From a virus: a DNA stretch of 64,000 bases. Numbering within the stretch: the first letter of the stretch is position 1; each line of letters starts with the position of its first letter. A program made the position numbers and the translations under genes. Shown here in pieces: positions 1 to 9,714 of this stretch. Where the stretch lies: the IMG/VR virus record IMGVR_UViG_3300037507_004165, positions 1 through 64,000 of that record. The stretch is one strand, 5' to 3'. The notes under the pieces are model-generated. The model searched no databases. It was not told the DNA's origin and saw nothing but the letters and a program-made list of their open reading frames with translations.

Positions 1-166
1 TAATACTCAAGAACCAGCAAAAGAATTTAAGATTGAAATTACCATTTCGCCAAATAATATGTCGTACAAGAGTGACTTTGATGAATTAAACACTATTTCA
101 TGGCTTGAGTTCATAAAGCACACTATTTTGAATAACCTGTCAAAAGGTACATCTCAAGAAAGCTAA
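1..166 (+). CDS. 3' end of hypothetical protein (partial)
   Basis: Frame starting at nt 2 is open to TAA 164-166 (NTQEPAKEFKIEITISPNNMSYKSDFDELNTISWLEFIKH...). Confidence 0.6.
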   Translation, partial: NTQEPAKEFKIEITISPNNMSYKSDFDELNTISWLEFIKHTILNNLSKGTSQES

Positions 167-184
167 TTAAATTATTAATAGGGT

Positions 185-193
185 CTACTATTA
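185..193 (+). promoter_or_regulatory. putative late promoter motif (YTACTAT)
   Basis: CTACTATTA about 40 nt before the portal ATG; same motif recurs 34-56 nt upstream of many structural genes. Confidence 0.55.
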
Positions 194-225
194 TCCTATA
201 AATCCCTATTTTTGGACGGCTACTC

Positions 226-1851
226 ATGGCTTTTAAAAAAACTTTTCCAACTCAAAGCAAAGAGTCTGAAATTGACTTTGTTGCAAAAAATATAGCTCCA
301 GATGAAATAAAGTCTTTAAACAAGACATTTAAAGTAGCCTCTCTAGCTCTTGGATATCAAGGAACTAATTATTTTTATACTGGGAGAAGTAATTTTGAGC
401 CATCTCCATATGATTTTGAGAGAATTATTCAGGCGGTAGATACTGACTCTTATGTCAAGCAGGGAGTAGCTAAATATAAAGACCTCTTTTGGAAAGAGGG
501 TTGGAAAATTGTTGGCGAAAATCAAGAGGCTGTTTCGTATCTCTATCAAAGAATAGACTACATGGAAATGGCTATGAAAAAACCATTTCTTGATTTTCTT
601 GTAGAAATATCTGACCAGTTAATAAAATTCTCTAATGTATTTATTGTAAAAGCTCGTGGGGACTTAAACCAATACTTTCCAAGCAAGTTATCACCAGTTG
701 GTGAGTCTAACTCAATGCCTATAACTGGTTATTACCTGATTCCAACAGAGCAAGTGAGAATTTTGCGCGATAAATACAATCGACCAAAATCCTATATGCA
801 GCAAACCGATCCATTAACCTATGCCCCAACTGAAAGAGATCCTGTTTGGTCCGCAGAAAGAGTAATACACTTATTCTTTGATAGAAAGCCAGGTCGTGCA
901 TTCGGTACTCCGTTCTTGGCAAATGTTTTAGATGACGTTGTTGCACTTAGACAGATGGAAGAAGATATACAAAATCTTGTTCATAGAGAATTATTTCCGC
1001 TATACAAATATATAATTGGAACTGCAGATCAACCAGCTGAGCCAGAAGAAATAGAAAAGGCAGCTGCAGAAATAGAAAATCTTAGAGCAGAAGGCGGCTT
1101 AATATTACCTTATAGGCACGATGTAGATGTTATTGGAGCGGCAAAAGAAGCACTAGAAGCAGATGCCTACCTACAGCACTTTAAGGAAAGAGTATCAATA
1201 GGTCTTGGAGTTGCCCCTCACCATCTTGGAATGACTCTTAATGGTGGCAATAGATCAATGACAGAAAGACTCGATACGTCTCTTTATGATAAGATCAAGC
1301 AGTTCCAGAAGCAGTTCTCTGAGATGGTTAGACTTCATATATTTAACGAACTTCTTTTTGAGGGTGGTTTTGATCCAATTCAAAATCCAATGGAAACTGA
1401 TCTATCAGATAGGTGCTATTTCAAGTTCAACGAAATCGATGTCGATACTCAGGTGAAAAAGGAAACGCACATCATGCAAAAGTATGTGAATTCTTTAATT
1501 ACTCTTACCGAAGCAAGAGTAGAGCTTGGAATAGATCCAGAAGTAGATATGGAAAATCTATTTACAGGAATACAAACGTCAATGCAAAAAGACATCATTG
1601 ACACTCAACAGTCAGCACAAGACGCAAATTCGGACAAGCAAAAACCAGCCCAAGCTGGCCAAAGAAACCTCCCTTCAAACAGAAAAGGTGTTGGGAATTC
1701 TGTAAGACCACAAAATCAATCTCAAAGAAAAACTTCACCTGATATAAAGAGATCAGACAGTAATTGGATAAACATGGTTGAAAATTTGCTAGAAGAACAA
1801 TATAATGTTAAGATAGAAGAGTTAGAAAATAAAACCAAAAGTGAGGAATAA
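226..1851 (+). CDS. portal protein
   Basis: 541 aa; upstream of protease/capsid; portal-like segment VIHLFFDRKPGRAFGTPFLANVLDDV, ITLTEARVELG, disordered C-terminus. Confidence 0.75.
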   Translation: MAFKKTFPTQSKESEIDFVAKNIAPDEIKSLNKTFKVASLALGYQGTNYFYTGRSNFEPSPYDFERIIQAVDTDSYVKQGVAKYKDLFWKEGWKIVGENQEAVSYLYQRIDYMEMAMKKPFLDFLVEISDQLIKFSNVFIVKARGDLNQYFPSKLSPVGESNSMPITGYYLIPTEQVRILRDKYNRPKSYMQQTDPLTYAPTERDPVWSAERVIHLFFDRKPGRAFGTPFLANVLDDVVALRQMEEDIQNLVHRELFPLYKYIIGTADQPAEPEEIEKAAAEIENLRAEGGLILPYRHDVDVIGAAKEALEADAYLQHFKERVSIGLGVAPHHLGMTLNGGNRSMTERLDTSLYDKIKQFQKQFSEMVRLHIFNELLFEGGFDPIQNPMETDLSDRCYFKFNEIDVDTQVKKETHIMQKYVNSLITLTEARVELGIDPEVDMENLFTGIQTSMQKDIIDTQQSAQDANSDKQKPAQAGQRNLPSNRKGVGNSVRPQNQSQRKTSPDIKRSDSNWINMVENLLEEQYNVKIEELENKTKSEE

Positions 1852-1854
1852 AAA

Positions 1855-2157
1855 ATGAGTTTTATGATAACGTCAGAAACTTCTAAGCAGTATCTCTTAG
1901 AGGAAGACGCAGTAAAAGGTTTTGAAATGGCTGTAGCTAATGGACAGTCAAGACTAGCACTTACCATTCTGGTGGATGTTGTCAATGGAATAATGGAAGT
2001 GTTTAATGCCATGATGGAAGATGAGCAAGAAGAGTCCAAGGAATCATCTGAGAGTCCAAAGGTTCAGCCAGTTGAAGAAAAGGTTCAGGAAAAGAAAAAG
2101 CCAGAACCTAAAAAAGATCAGACAGTAGAAAAAGACGACAAAAAAACAGCAGAGTAA
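1855..2157 (+). CDS. hypothetical protein, charged C-terminus
   Basis: 100 aa ORF with GAGG RBS, packed between portal and glycosyltransferase. Confidence 0.7.
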   Translation: MSFMITSETSKQYLLEEDAVKGFEMAVANGQSRLALTILVDVVNGIMEVFNAMMEDEQEESKESSESPKVQPVEEKVQEKKKPEPKKDQTVEKDDKKTAE

Positions 2158-2939
2158 TGAAACTTATCATAGGTTGCCCAATCTATAAAAGAGATTGGAT
2201 TTTTCCAATTTGGGCTGCTGCCGTCGAAAGACAATCACTATCTCTTGCTGATGTTGGATTTGTTTTCGTTGCATCTGAAAATGACGAAAAAACAATTTCA
2301 CTCTTAAATAAGTGGAAATCTGCCAACAAGCAAATACCAGTATTTGATATTGTCTACAAAGATGACACTCCACACCATGAGCATGGCGCGAATTCTAGAC
2401 AATGGACAATGTCCAAATATCATAATATGGTTTCTTTGAGAAACACTCTTTTGGATAATGTTAGGAAATATGAACCAGAGTATTTTTTTAGTCTTGACTC
2501 AGATATCATAATCCAAAACTCATCGACATTAGAGTTACTGATAAGCCACATAAAAGACGGTGCAGACGCGGTAAGCCCACTTATGTATATGACACCATTT
2601 GGCACTGATTTTCCTAGTGTTATGTCATGGTTAGACGAGCCTGGGAAAAAGGCAAAAAGACTACAAAACTATCCTATAGGAACTTATTTTAAGTCAGATA
2701 TAATAATGGCTGCAAAGATGATGTCAAAAGATGTTTATCAAAATGTTGACTATGTTTTTCACTCTCAAGGAGAGGATTTAGGTTGGTCAGGAAACGCCAT
2801 AAAAAATGGCTATAGTAACCTATTTTGTGCCTCGTATCTATATGCAGCACACATAATGCACCCACAAATGCTTGGACCATACCTAAAGCAAGGAGATCCC
2901 AGACAAGCGCAGCAATTTGAAAACATGGTAAAAATATGA
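2157..2939 (+). CDS. GT-A fold (GT2-like) glycosyltransferase
   Basis: N-terminal LIIGCPIY, LRN, DxD motif SLDSDII, GEDLGW. Confidence 0.7.
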   Translation: MKLIIGCPIYKRDWIFPIWAAAVERQSLSLADVGFVFVASENDEKTISLLNKWKSANKQIPVFDIVYKDDTPHHEHGANSRQWTMSKYHNMVSLRNTLLDNVRKYEPEYFFSLDSDIIIQNSSTLELLISHIKDGADAVSPLMYMTPFGTDFPSVMSWLDEPGKKAKRLQNYPIGTYFKSDIIMAAKMMSKDVYQNVDYVFHSQGEDLGWSGNAIKNGYSNLFCASYLYAAHIMHPQMLGPYLKQGDPRQAQQFENMVKI

Positions 2940-2978
2940 TATCTTTATATAAAATTGTTTAATCTTATAAAAGTAAAT

Positions 2979-2986
2979 TTACTATA
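2979..2986 (+). promoter_or_regulatory. putative late promoter motif TTACTATA
   Basis: About 34 nt before ATG 3014, which has a GGAG RBS. Confidence 0.55.
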
Positions 2987-3013
2987 TATCTAGATTTTGA
3001 AAATGGAGCAGCA

Positions 3014-4614
3014 ATGGCCTTTAACTTCGTAGAAACATTTACAATCGAAATGCCAAACTTTAAAGAGGCAAACATCGATTTTTCTGAAGCACAGAATAGC
3101 TCAAAAGGCTTAATCATTGAAGTGGCCGCAATACACGAACGGACTAACTGCAAACTACAATAACTATTCAGCTGAAGCACTTGAAAAAGCACTTCAGTCT
3201 TGGGTTGAGCCATATCCAAAGCCAATTATCTTAAACCATGATTTAAACTCTGAACCAATTGGAAGAGTTATGGCAGCTAAGATGGACAAAGAAGAGGATG
3301 GCTCAGCATACGTAAGGCTTCAAGTGGCAATAACTGACCCGGTAGCTATCCAAAAAGTCCTTGACAAGAGATATCTTACTGGCTCTGTTGGCGGAAGAGC
3401 CGGCAAAGCAGTTTGCTCCATTTCTGGGGAAGATCTTGCCTCCGAATCTTCAGATGGAAAGCCAAAGTTTCCAAAATATAAAAGAGGCCAAATCTACAAA
3501 GGTAAGCTGGCTTTTATCGACATGCAGGACATTTCTTTTAAAGAATATTCTTTTGTAAACCAGCCAGCAGATGCTAAGTCCGGAGTCAGAAAATCACGGA
3601 AATTCTGATGTCCAAGTTCAAAATTCTTCAAACGACTGGGTTGCTCGTAGTTCGGCATTTGTTCTCAATATGGACGAAGAAGATATCTACTCAGTTAAAG
3701 AACATAAGTCTATTCTTAAAGATTTGAAGAGAAAAGAATCTAAACCACTGTACTTGCACTTAAAAGGTGCCTTTCTTACGGCTATGGCCATACAAGAAAG
3801 CGAAACTTATAGGCATAATGATAGTTCATTACTATCTAAAGAGAATGATAATAATGAGGAGTCCGTTAATATGAATGAAAATCCCCAAGAGGATAACGTG
3901 CTAGCCGTTGTTGAGTCATTGGCCCAAGATTTGGCCCCAGCAAAGAATGATTCACAAGAAGAAGCGCCAGCACAAGAAGAAGTGCAGGTCACTGAAGAAG
4001 TTGCTGAAGCAGAGGATACAAAAGAAAATCCTAGCAACGAAGAATCAAAAGAAGAGATCTCAAATGACAATTCAGAAAAAGCAGATGAACAGGCTGATAC
4101 AGCTGTTGATTCTGAGGAAGCTGAAGAGCCAAAAGAGGAGTCTGAGCAACCTCAGACTACTGCTCAAGAGCAGCCACAAGAGGAAAACTCACTCAATAGT
4201 GAAGAAAAAGTAGCTACTGAGACCGAGCAGTCCGAATTACTCGAAAGAGTAAAGGCACTCGAAGAGGAGAATGCCAAGCTGAAGAAGGCTTTGCACAACA
4301 CTCTTGTAGAAAGAGTTGTTGATACAAAGATATCAGTTGGTCTTGAGTCAGTCGAAAATAGAGAGGCAGCAATTGAAGAGCACAAGAATCGTAGTGCCTC
4401 GTCACTTGCCGACTCACTAAGAGATTTGGCAAAGATGCCACAGCACAAACAGGCTAAGGTAGAAATGCCAGAAATTACCTCTGAAACAGAAGTGGTTGAG
4501 GGTGAAAAAAATGCAATTACTCTCGGCAACGAAGATTCAGAGAATAAAGCTGAAAGCAAGACAACTGTAGAGCAGCTTTTCGTAGATACGCTTATGGGTC
4601 GCCGTAAGCTTTAA
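3014..4614 (+). CDS. prohead protease-scaffold fusion (~532 aa), needs two +1 shifts at CGGA (3140, 3597)
   Basis: ATG 3014 MAFNFVETF...VAAIHE-[c]GGA-LTANYNNYS joins ORF 3117-3608 (KPIILNHD, PIGRV, YLTGSVG: His/Ser of prohead proteases). VRKS-[c]GGA-NSDVQ joins ORF 3571-4614 (acidic coiled-coil scaffold). Confidence 0.75.
3140..3143 (+). other. +1 recoding site 1 (GAA C GGA)
   Basis: CGG in frame with ATG 3014 (codon 43); that frame stops at TAA after 6 more codons; +1 frame is the protease ORF. Confidence 0.8.
3597..3600 (+). other. +1 recoding site 2 (TCA C GGA)
   Basis: In-frame CGG AAA TTC TGA; +1 frame continues GNSDVQ to 4614. Confidence 0.75.
3871..4614 (+). CDS. nested in-frame scaffolding protein (internal start, ~247 aa)
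   Basis: TTACTAT at 3829-3835, GAGGAG at 3856-3861, ATG 3871 (MNENPQEDN...); E-rich, coiled coil LLERVKALEEENAKLKKAL. Confidence 0.6.
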   Translation: MNENPQEDNVLAVVESLAQDLAPAKNDSQEEAPAQEEVQVTEEVAEAEDTKENPSNEESKEEISNDNSEKADEQADTAVDSEEAEEPKEESEQPQTTAQEQPQEENSLNSEEKVATETEQSELLERVKALEEENAKLKKALHNTLVERVVDTKISVGLESVENREAAIEEHKNRSASSLADSLRDLAKMPQHKQAKVEMPEITSETEVVEGEKNAITLGNEDSENKAESKTTVEQLFVDTLMGRRKL

Positions 4615-4638
4615 TTCAACACATTAAGGAGAAATATA

Positions 4639-5412
4639 ATGTCATTAGCTAAATTTCGCAAAGTAGGAACCAAAACAGGCTCAGGCCGTTTTGTTGTTTC
4701 TGAGGGTATTGCTCCAGCAGCATACTTGCTCCCACACCCAGGTCTACCAACCTGGTACCAGGACAGCGAAGATGACCGTTTTGAAATCGTGATCACAAAG
4801 GGAACAATCCTTTCAGTGGTTGCCGATGCTAACGGAGATTCAAGAGTAGTTCCAGCTAACGGAACAGGCTCATCAGTAACTTGGGGCGACAGCATGCCAA
4901 GCTCATGGGATCCACTTGATGGTGCAACACCATCTTACAGCTCAGGCGCAACAGACACTGTTGCAGTTGGAGCAAGATCGGTTCCAATTGGCGTCGCTCA
5001 ATATGACCTCTATCGTCCATTCGATAAGGGCACCTCGCAGGGTGCAGGTTTCATCACTCATGGATATGTTGAATATCCAATGGTTGATGGCGTAAATGCG
5101 GACGTCACTGTTGGCTCAGTCGTAAGAGCTGACCATATGGGACGCCCAGTGAAGGCAGCTGCTACTGAGTTCTTGAACTCATCAGCAGTCTATTCTTACC
5201 TCCAGGTTGGTAAGGTAGTAGAAGTAGAGACATTTGCAACCAACTTCGATGATGGTCTCTTGTCCTACATGCAATTGCCATCGGATCCAGGCGCACTGAA
5301 GACAGTGTTCGAGCTCACCAGAGCAGGCACTTACTCAGGTAAGCTTGGTATTCGTTCCAATCTGGATGTCCACAATGTTGTTGGTGCTTTCCGCGTCAAT
5401 CTAACACTTTAA
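4639..5412 (+). CDS. capsid decoration/cement protein
   Basis: 257 aa between scaffold and MCP, AAGGAG RBS, beta-rich G/V composition. Confidence 0.6.
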   Translation: MSLAKFRKVGTKTGSGRFVVSEGIAPAAYLLPHPGLPTWYQDSEDDRFEIVITKGTILSVVADANGDSRVVPANGTGSSVTWGDSMPSSWDPLDGATPSYSSGATDTVAVGARSVPIGVAQYDLYRPFDKGTSQGAGFITHGYVEYPMVDGVNADVTVGSVVRADHMGRPVKAAATEFLNSSAVYSYLQVGKVVEVETFATNFDDGLLSYMQLPSDPGALKTVFELTRAGTYSGKLGIRSNLDVHNVVGAFRVNLTL

Positions 5413-5443
5413 GAAAAAATAACACAGGAGGAATAGTCCTAAG

Positions 5444-6505
5444 ATGAGTAAGACAATCCAAGAGCTCCTCTCGGGTCTCCCAGCTTGGGAGACTGCACTA
5501 ACCGAGGATGGGCACATAGACGAAAATAACAGAGTAACCATTAAAGAGGCCTTTGCATCACCAGATGCAGCTGCCCTCTTTCCTAAGGTTATCTCACGTA
5601 CCTTAAAGGAAGCAGCAGAGCCACAACTTCTTGTGACTCCATTGCTTTCAACAGTGCGCCTAGGAAAGGGACGCTCGCTTGAGTTCCCAGCGGTTAACGC
5701 AATCCAAGCTTCAGAGATACCTGAAGGCCAAGAGTACCCAGAGCAGGCACTCGCATTTGCTAAGCAAGTCGAGGGCAAAGTTTCCAAGAAAGGTGTTAAG
5801 CTAGCTTTCACCGAGGAAGTTATTGCTGACTCTCTCTGGGACATTGTCGGCATGCACGTTCGTGCAGCTGGTCGCGCAATGGCAAGACTCAAGGAACAGA
5901 TTGCACTTAGCCGTTTCAAGGACGCCGCAACAATTGTCTTTGACAATGACAGCGGTTCATACGATGACACAACAGGTAAGGGTTTTGATGGCGCAGCCAA
6001 CCTAACAGTTACCTGGGATGACGTTGTAGATATGGCAGCAGTTCTCATGGCCGAAAACCATGTTCCAACAGACTTTATCTTGCACCCACTAATGTGGTCG
6101 GTCTTCCTCAAGGATGCGATCTTCCACACAGGTGGTTCAGCAGCAGCAGTCAACACAAGCTGGGGATACCGTCCACAGTCAGCCGATGGTGCGCTTAACG
6201 CAACAGCACCTCTCGGTTTGAATGTGATTGTTTCACCATTCGTAAGCTTTACAGCCAAGAGTGGTTCAACAGCAGCTAAATCAGACTTGTTCTTGATTGA
6301 TCGCAATGAAGTCGGAACACTTCTCGTCAAGGATGACATGAGCACAGATCAGTTCGATGATCCAAGCCGTGACATTCGTCAGATGAAGATGAAAGAGCGT
6401 TACGACATCGTAATGCTTGGTGACGGCGAAGGCATCACAGTTGCTAAGAACGTCAGATTGAGCCGTAACTACGAAGTTACTGTTACAAACAATATAGGTA
6501 ACTAA
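5444..6505 (+). CDS. major capsid protein (HK97-like fold)
   Basis: 353 aa; IPEGQEYP, KKGVKLAFTEEVIADS, PTDFILHP, ERYDIVM; AGGAGG RBS; followed by terminator. Confidence 0.85.
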   Translation: MSKTIQELLSGLPAWETALTEDGHIDENNRVTIKEAFASPDAAALFPKVISRTLKEAAEPQLLVTPLLSTVRLGKGRSLEFPAVNAIQASEIPEGQEYPEQALAFAKQVEGKVSKKGVKLAFTEEVIADSLWDIVGMHVRAAGRAMARLKEQIALSRFKDAATIVFDNDSGSYDDTTGKGFDGAANLTVTWDDVVDMAAVLMAENHVPTDFILHPLMWSVFLKDAIFHTGGSAAAVNTSWGYRPQSADGALNATAPLGLNVIVSPFVSFTAKSGSTAAKSDLFLIDRNEVGTLLVKDDMSTDQFDDPSRDIRQMKMKERYDIVMLGDGEGITVAKNVRLSRNYEVTVTNNIGN

Positions 6506-6545
6506 TAACCTCTTAGGGTTGTTATAGTTACGACCTAAGCGATTC

Positions 6546-6565
6546 GGGGCGGCGAAAGCCGCCCC
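6546..6565 (+). terminator. intrinsic terminator after MCP
   Basis: GGGGCGGC-GAAA-GCCGCCCC perfect 8-bp stem, GNRA loop, T-rich downstream. Confidence 0.8.
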
Positions 6566-6626
6566 TTATTGCTTTATCCCTTTTTTTTGTTACTACTTAT
6601 AATATAGATTTTGGTAGGAGAAAACA

Positions 6627-7412
6627 GTGGCCCTTCCTTTAATAGACACAGTAGTCGCCCTAGATGTTAACATGGTGGCAATTAAATTTGGCAGGACTAT
6701 AAAAATAAGTAGTTTAATAAACGAAAATTTTATTGTTCAAACAAATAGCTCAACTCCATCCTCTGTTTCCAATCCATTTTTAGATATACAAACAATAGCC
6801 GACTATAACCAGATTTCAAGAACTTTAAAACTTTATTGGGATTCAGAAGCAAATCTTGTTTCTGATACTGAGTATTTAATAAGGCTAGTAAACTTTCTTG
6901 ACGCTGCAAATGAAACAATTCCAGAAGAGCAAATTTCTTTTACCTGGAAGGGTGACGATGCAACACCCTCGTCTTTTTCTTCAGTAAAAGCTCCAGAGCC
7001 AGGAGAAATTTTAGTAGAAGATAAATCAATAAGAACAGATGCCTACACCAGTGTTCAAATACTAGCTAAAAATCCAGAATTTTATATATCAGAAGTTATT
7101 CCAACTAATGGTGATTTTTATATAGAAAATGACTACAACATGGGAAGAGCAAAAATAATATTTAATGCTCGACCAGCGTCAAACTTTTTGAATAACACAT
7201 TTTTTAAATGCCAAAGAAAAAAAATACAAAGAGCACCATCTAGGTGGGAAAATATCCAAACAAATATACAACTTCACTCATGGAAACCAGAAGTTTATGT
7301 AGACTTTCCATCGCTCAATGACGCAACACCAGCTTATTATACTGAGGATAAAGAGTATTTTGAAAGTGGCTACAAGTATAGGATAATAGTGTCTAAAGAC
7401 GTTGGTGTATAG
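6627..7412 (+). CDS. virion structural protein (Ig-like beta domains)
   Basis: GTG start with AGGAG; TTACTAC motif at 6590; beta-strand-rich sequence. Confidence 0.6.
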   Translation: MALPLIDTVVALDVNMVAIKFGRTIKISSLINENFIVQTNSSTPSSVSNPFLDIQTIADYNQISRTLKLYWDSEANLVSDTEYLIRLVNFLDAANETIPEEQISFTWKGDDATPSSFSSVKAPEPGEILVEDKSIRTDAYTSVQILAKNPEFYISEVIPTNGDFYIENDYNMGRAKIIFNARPASNFLNNTFFKCQRKKIQRAPSRWENIQTNIQLHSWKPEVYVDFPSLNDATPAYYTEDKEYFESGYKYRIIVSKDVGV

Positions 7413-7822
7413 TGGCCAATTTAGTTTATACTAAAGCAAAACAATCTCTTTTAAATGGGGAAATCAATACTTCGGCGTCAAATTATAGAGTTTTACTTTT
7501 GGATACAAATATATACTCAGTAAACATTGCAACTGATCAATATGTCTCTGATATACCAAATTCTGCAATTAAAGGAAGATCATCTAATCTTAGTAATGTA
7601 ACAAGCACAGATGGAATTCTTAACGCCGACGATGTTATCGTTAGTCATGATGGGTCAGCATTTCAAGCTTTAGCTTTATATCAAGTTGGGTCAACAGACG
7701 CAAGCTCCAGATTAATACTTTACATAGATAATTCATCTGGTTTACCATATGAAGGTAGTAATTCCTCTCTTTCAATTACTATATTCTGGAGTGATACTGT
7801 TAACAAAATTCTGTCTTTATAG
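7412..7822 (+). CDS. small virion/tail-associated protein
   Basis: 136 aa, MANLVYTKAKQSLLNGEIN...; start overlaps previous stop. Confidence 0.65.
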   Translation: MANLVYTKAKQSLLNGEINTSASNYRVLLLDTNIYSVNIATDQYVSDIPNSAIKGRSSNLSNVTSTDGILNADDVIVSHDGSAFQALALYQVGSTDASSRLILYIDNSSGLPYEGSNSSLSITIFWSDTVNKILSL

Positions 7823-7832
7823 GAAATAAAAA

Positions 7833-8171
7833 ATGGCCATACAATATCCAGCTGCTCTAGATACCTTTACTAATCCAACCTCATCAGATAGGTTAGATTC
7901 AGTTACTGTACCCCACCATCAGCAGCACTCAGATTTAAACGATGCAGTTGAAGCATTACAAACTGTAATAGGTTTAAATCCAGCTGGATCTCATTTAACT
8001 GTAAAAGACAGAATTATTAGCATAGAATCAAATGTTACTGTTCAATCAGTATTAAATGGATTAAATGATGTTACTATAAATTCCGTAGCAACTGGTCAAG
8101 TTTTGCGTTACAACGGCTCTGCTTGGGTGAACTATGCAGAGGAAAATTTAGTTGATGGAGGAAACTTTTAA
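7833..8171 (+). CDS. small fibre-associated protein
   Basis: Has the LNDVTI..ATGQVLRYNGSAWVN repeat and DGG-x-F terminus shared with neighbouring fibres. Confidence 0.65.
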   Translation: MAIQYPAALDTFTNPTSSDRLDSVTVPHHQQHSDLNDAVEALQTVIGLNPAGSHLTVKDRIISIESNVTVQSVLNGLNDVTINSVATGQVLRYNGSAWVNYAEENLVDGGNF

Positions 8172-8173
8172 AA

Positions 8174-9688
8174 ATGGCTAACACAATCAGGATAAAAAGA
8201 AGGTCGTCTGGTGTAAGTGGTGCACCGTCAGCTCTAGAAAACGCAGAACTAGCTTTTACAGAAGTGGATGATGTTCTTTACTACGGTAAAGGAACTGGTG
8301 GAGCAGGTGGAAGCGCAACTTCAGTAATAGCAATAGGTGGCTCTGGCGCCTTTGCAACCTTAACAAGTTCACAAACAATCTCGGGAAACAAAACATTTAC
8401 TGGAACAGTTATAGTTCCAACTCCAACAGCTAATACTCATGCTACTACAAAACTTTATGTTGATGATTTAGTAGCCAATATAAATTCGAATATTTCAAAC
8501 GTTGCCACTTCATTTACTGTTGCAGGTGACAGTGGATCAAACCAAACAATTACTTCTGGCATAGATACGTTGACAATTTCTGGTGGAACTGGCTTATCTT
8601 CAGTTGCTGGTTCAACAGACACCATCACTATAAGTCTTGATGATACTGCTGTAACCGCAGGAACTTATGGCGCAGCTAATACAGTCGCAACATTTACTGT
8701 TGACGCACAGGGAAGAATTACATCCGCAAGCAATGCAGTAATCAATATTAACGCAGGACAAATCACCGGATTCACAGAAGACGCACAAGATGCAGCTGCA
8801 GCTCTACTTACAAATGCAACGCACTCTGGTGTTTCAGTAAATTACGACGACGCAAATTCCAAGCTTGCGATTACAAACCTAGGCGTTACTGCATTAACAG
8901 GAACTTCTGGAGAAGTTGTTGTTTCAGCTTCTAACGGTTCAGTTACAGTAGGATTGGCTAGTGATGTCACAATTGCAAACAACTTAACTGTTGGCGGAAA
9001 TTTAACCGTTAATGGAACCCTAACATCAATCAACTCAACAACTGTTACTGTTGATGATAAAAACATAGAACTTGCTAGCACAGCAAGCCCAACAGATTCA
9101 ACAGCAAATGGAGCAGGTTTAACTGTTAAGGGCTCAACAGATAAGACATTCAACTGGGTCAATACAACAACTGCATGGACATCCTCAGAATATTTGGATC
9201 TAGCTGCAGGAAAAGCCTATATGGTTGATGGATCCGTAGTATTATCAAATACTACTCTTGGATCAGGGGTAGTTAACTCTTCTCTTACATCAGTGGGCAC
9301 AATTAGCACTGGAACATGGAACGCTGGAACCATAGCAATAGCATATGGTGGAACTGGCGCCACAACTGCTGCTAATGCTAGAGTAAATCTAGGTATTGAA
9401 ATAGGCGTAGATGTTCAGGCCTACGATCCAGAATTGGCGGCACTGGCTGGTTTAAGTTCAGCAGCAGATAAACTTCCATATTTTACTGGAGCAAATACAG
9501 CTGCTTTGACAACCCTTACATCTTTTGGTAGATCACTGATTGACGACGCAGACGCAGCAACGGCTAGAGCAACCCTTGGTCTTGGAACAATCGCAGTTCA
9601 AGACGCTTCAAATGTTTCAATAACTGGTGGCTCGATCACCAACTTATCAACATTTGATGGCGTTGTAATTGACGGTGGAATATTTTAG
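8174..9688 (+). CDS. tail fibre protein
   Basis: N-terminal IRIKRRSS..APSALENAELA fibre anchor motif; VTAGTYG..FTVDAQGRIT and GNLTVNG repeats; T/S/G/A-rich. Confidence 0.75.
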   Translation: MANTIRIKRRSSGVSGAPSALENAELAFTEVDDVLYYGKGTGGAGGSATSVIAIGGSGAFATLTSSQTISGNKTFTGTVIVPTPTANTHATTKLYVDDLVANINSNISNVATSFTVAGDSGSNQTITSGIDTLTISGGTGLSSVAGSTDTITISLDDTAVTAGTYGAANTVATFTVDAQGRITSASNAVININAGQITGFTEDAQDAAAALLTNATHSGVSVNYDDANSKLAITNLGVTALTGTSGEVVVSASNGSVTVGLASDVTIANNLTVGGNLTVNGTLTSINSTTVTVDDKNIELASTASPTDSTANGAGLTVKGSTDKTFNWVNTTTAWTSSEYLDLAAGKAYMVDGSVVLSNTTLGSGVVNSSLTSVGTISTGTWNAGTIAIAYGGTGATTAANARVNLGIEIGVDVQAYDPELAALAGLSSAADKLPYFTGANTAALTTLTSFGRSLIDDADAATARATLGLGTIAVQDASNVSITGGSITNLSTFDGVVIDGGIF

Positions 9689-9714
9689 TTATTAAAAAAT
9701 AGAAAGGTTTTGCA

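Noticed and set aside
5401-6345. 314-aa antisense ORF over MCP and other short antisense or alternate-frame ORFs
   Set aside because: Shadow ORFs of codon-biased sense genes; no RBS or recognisable motifs
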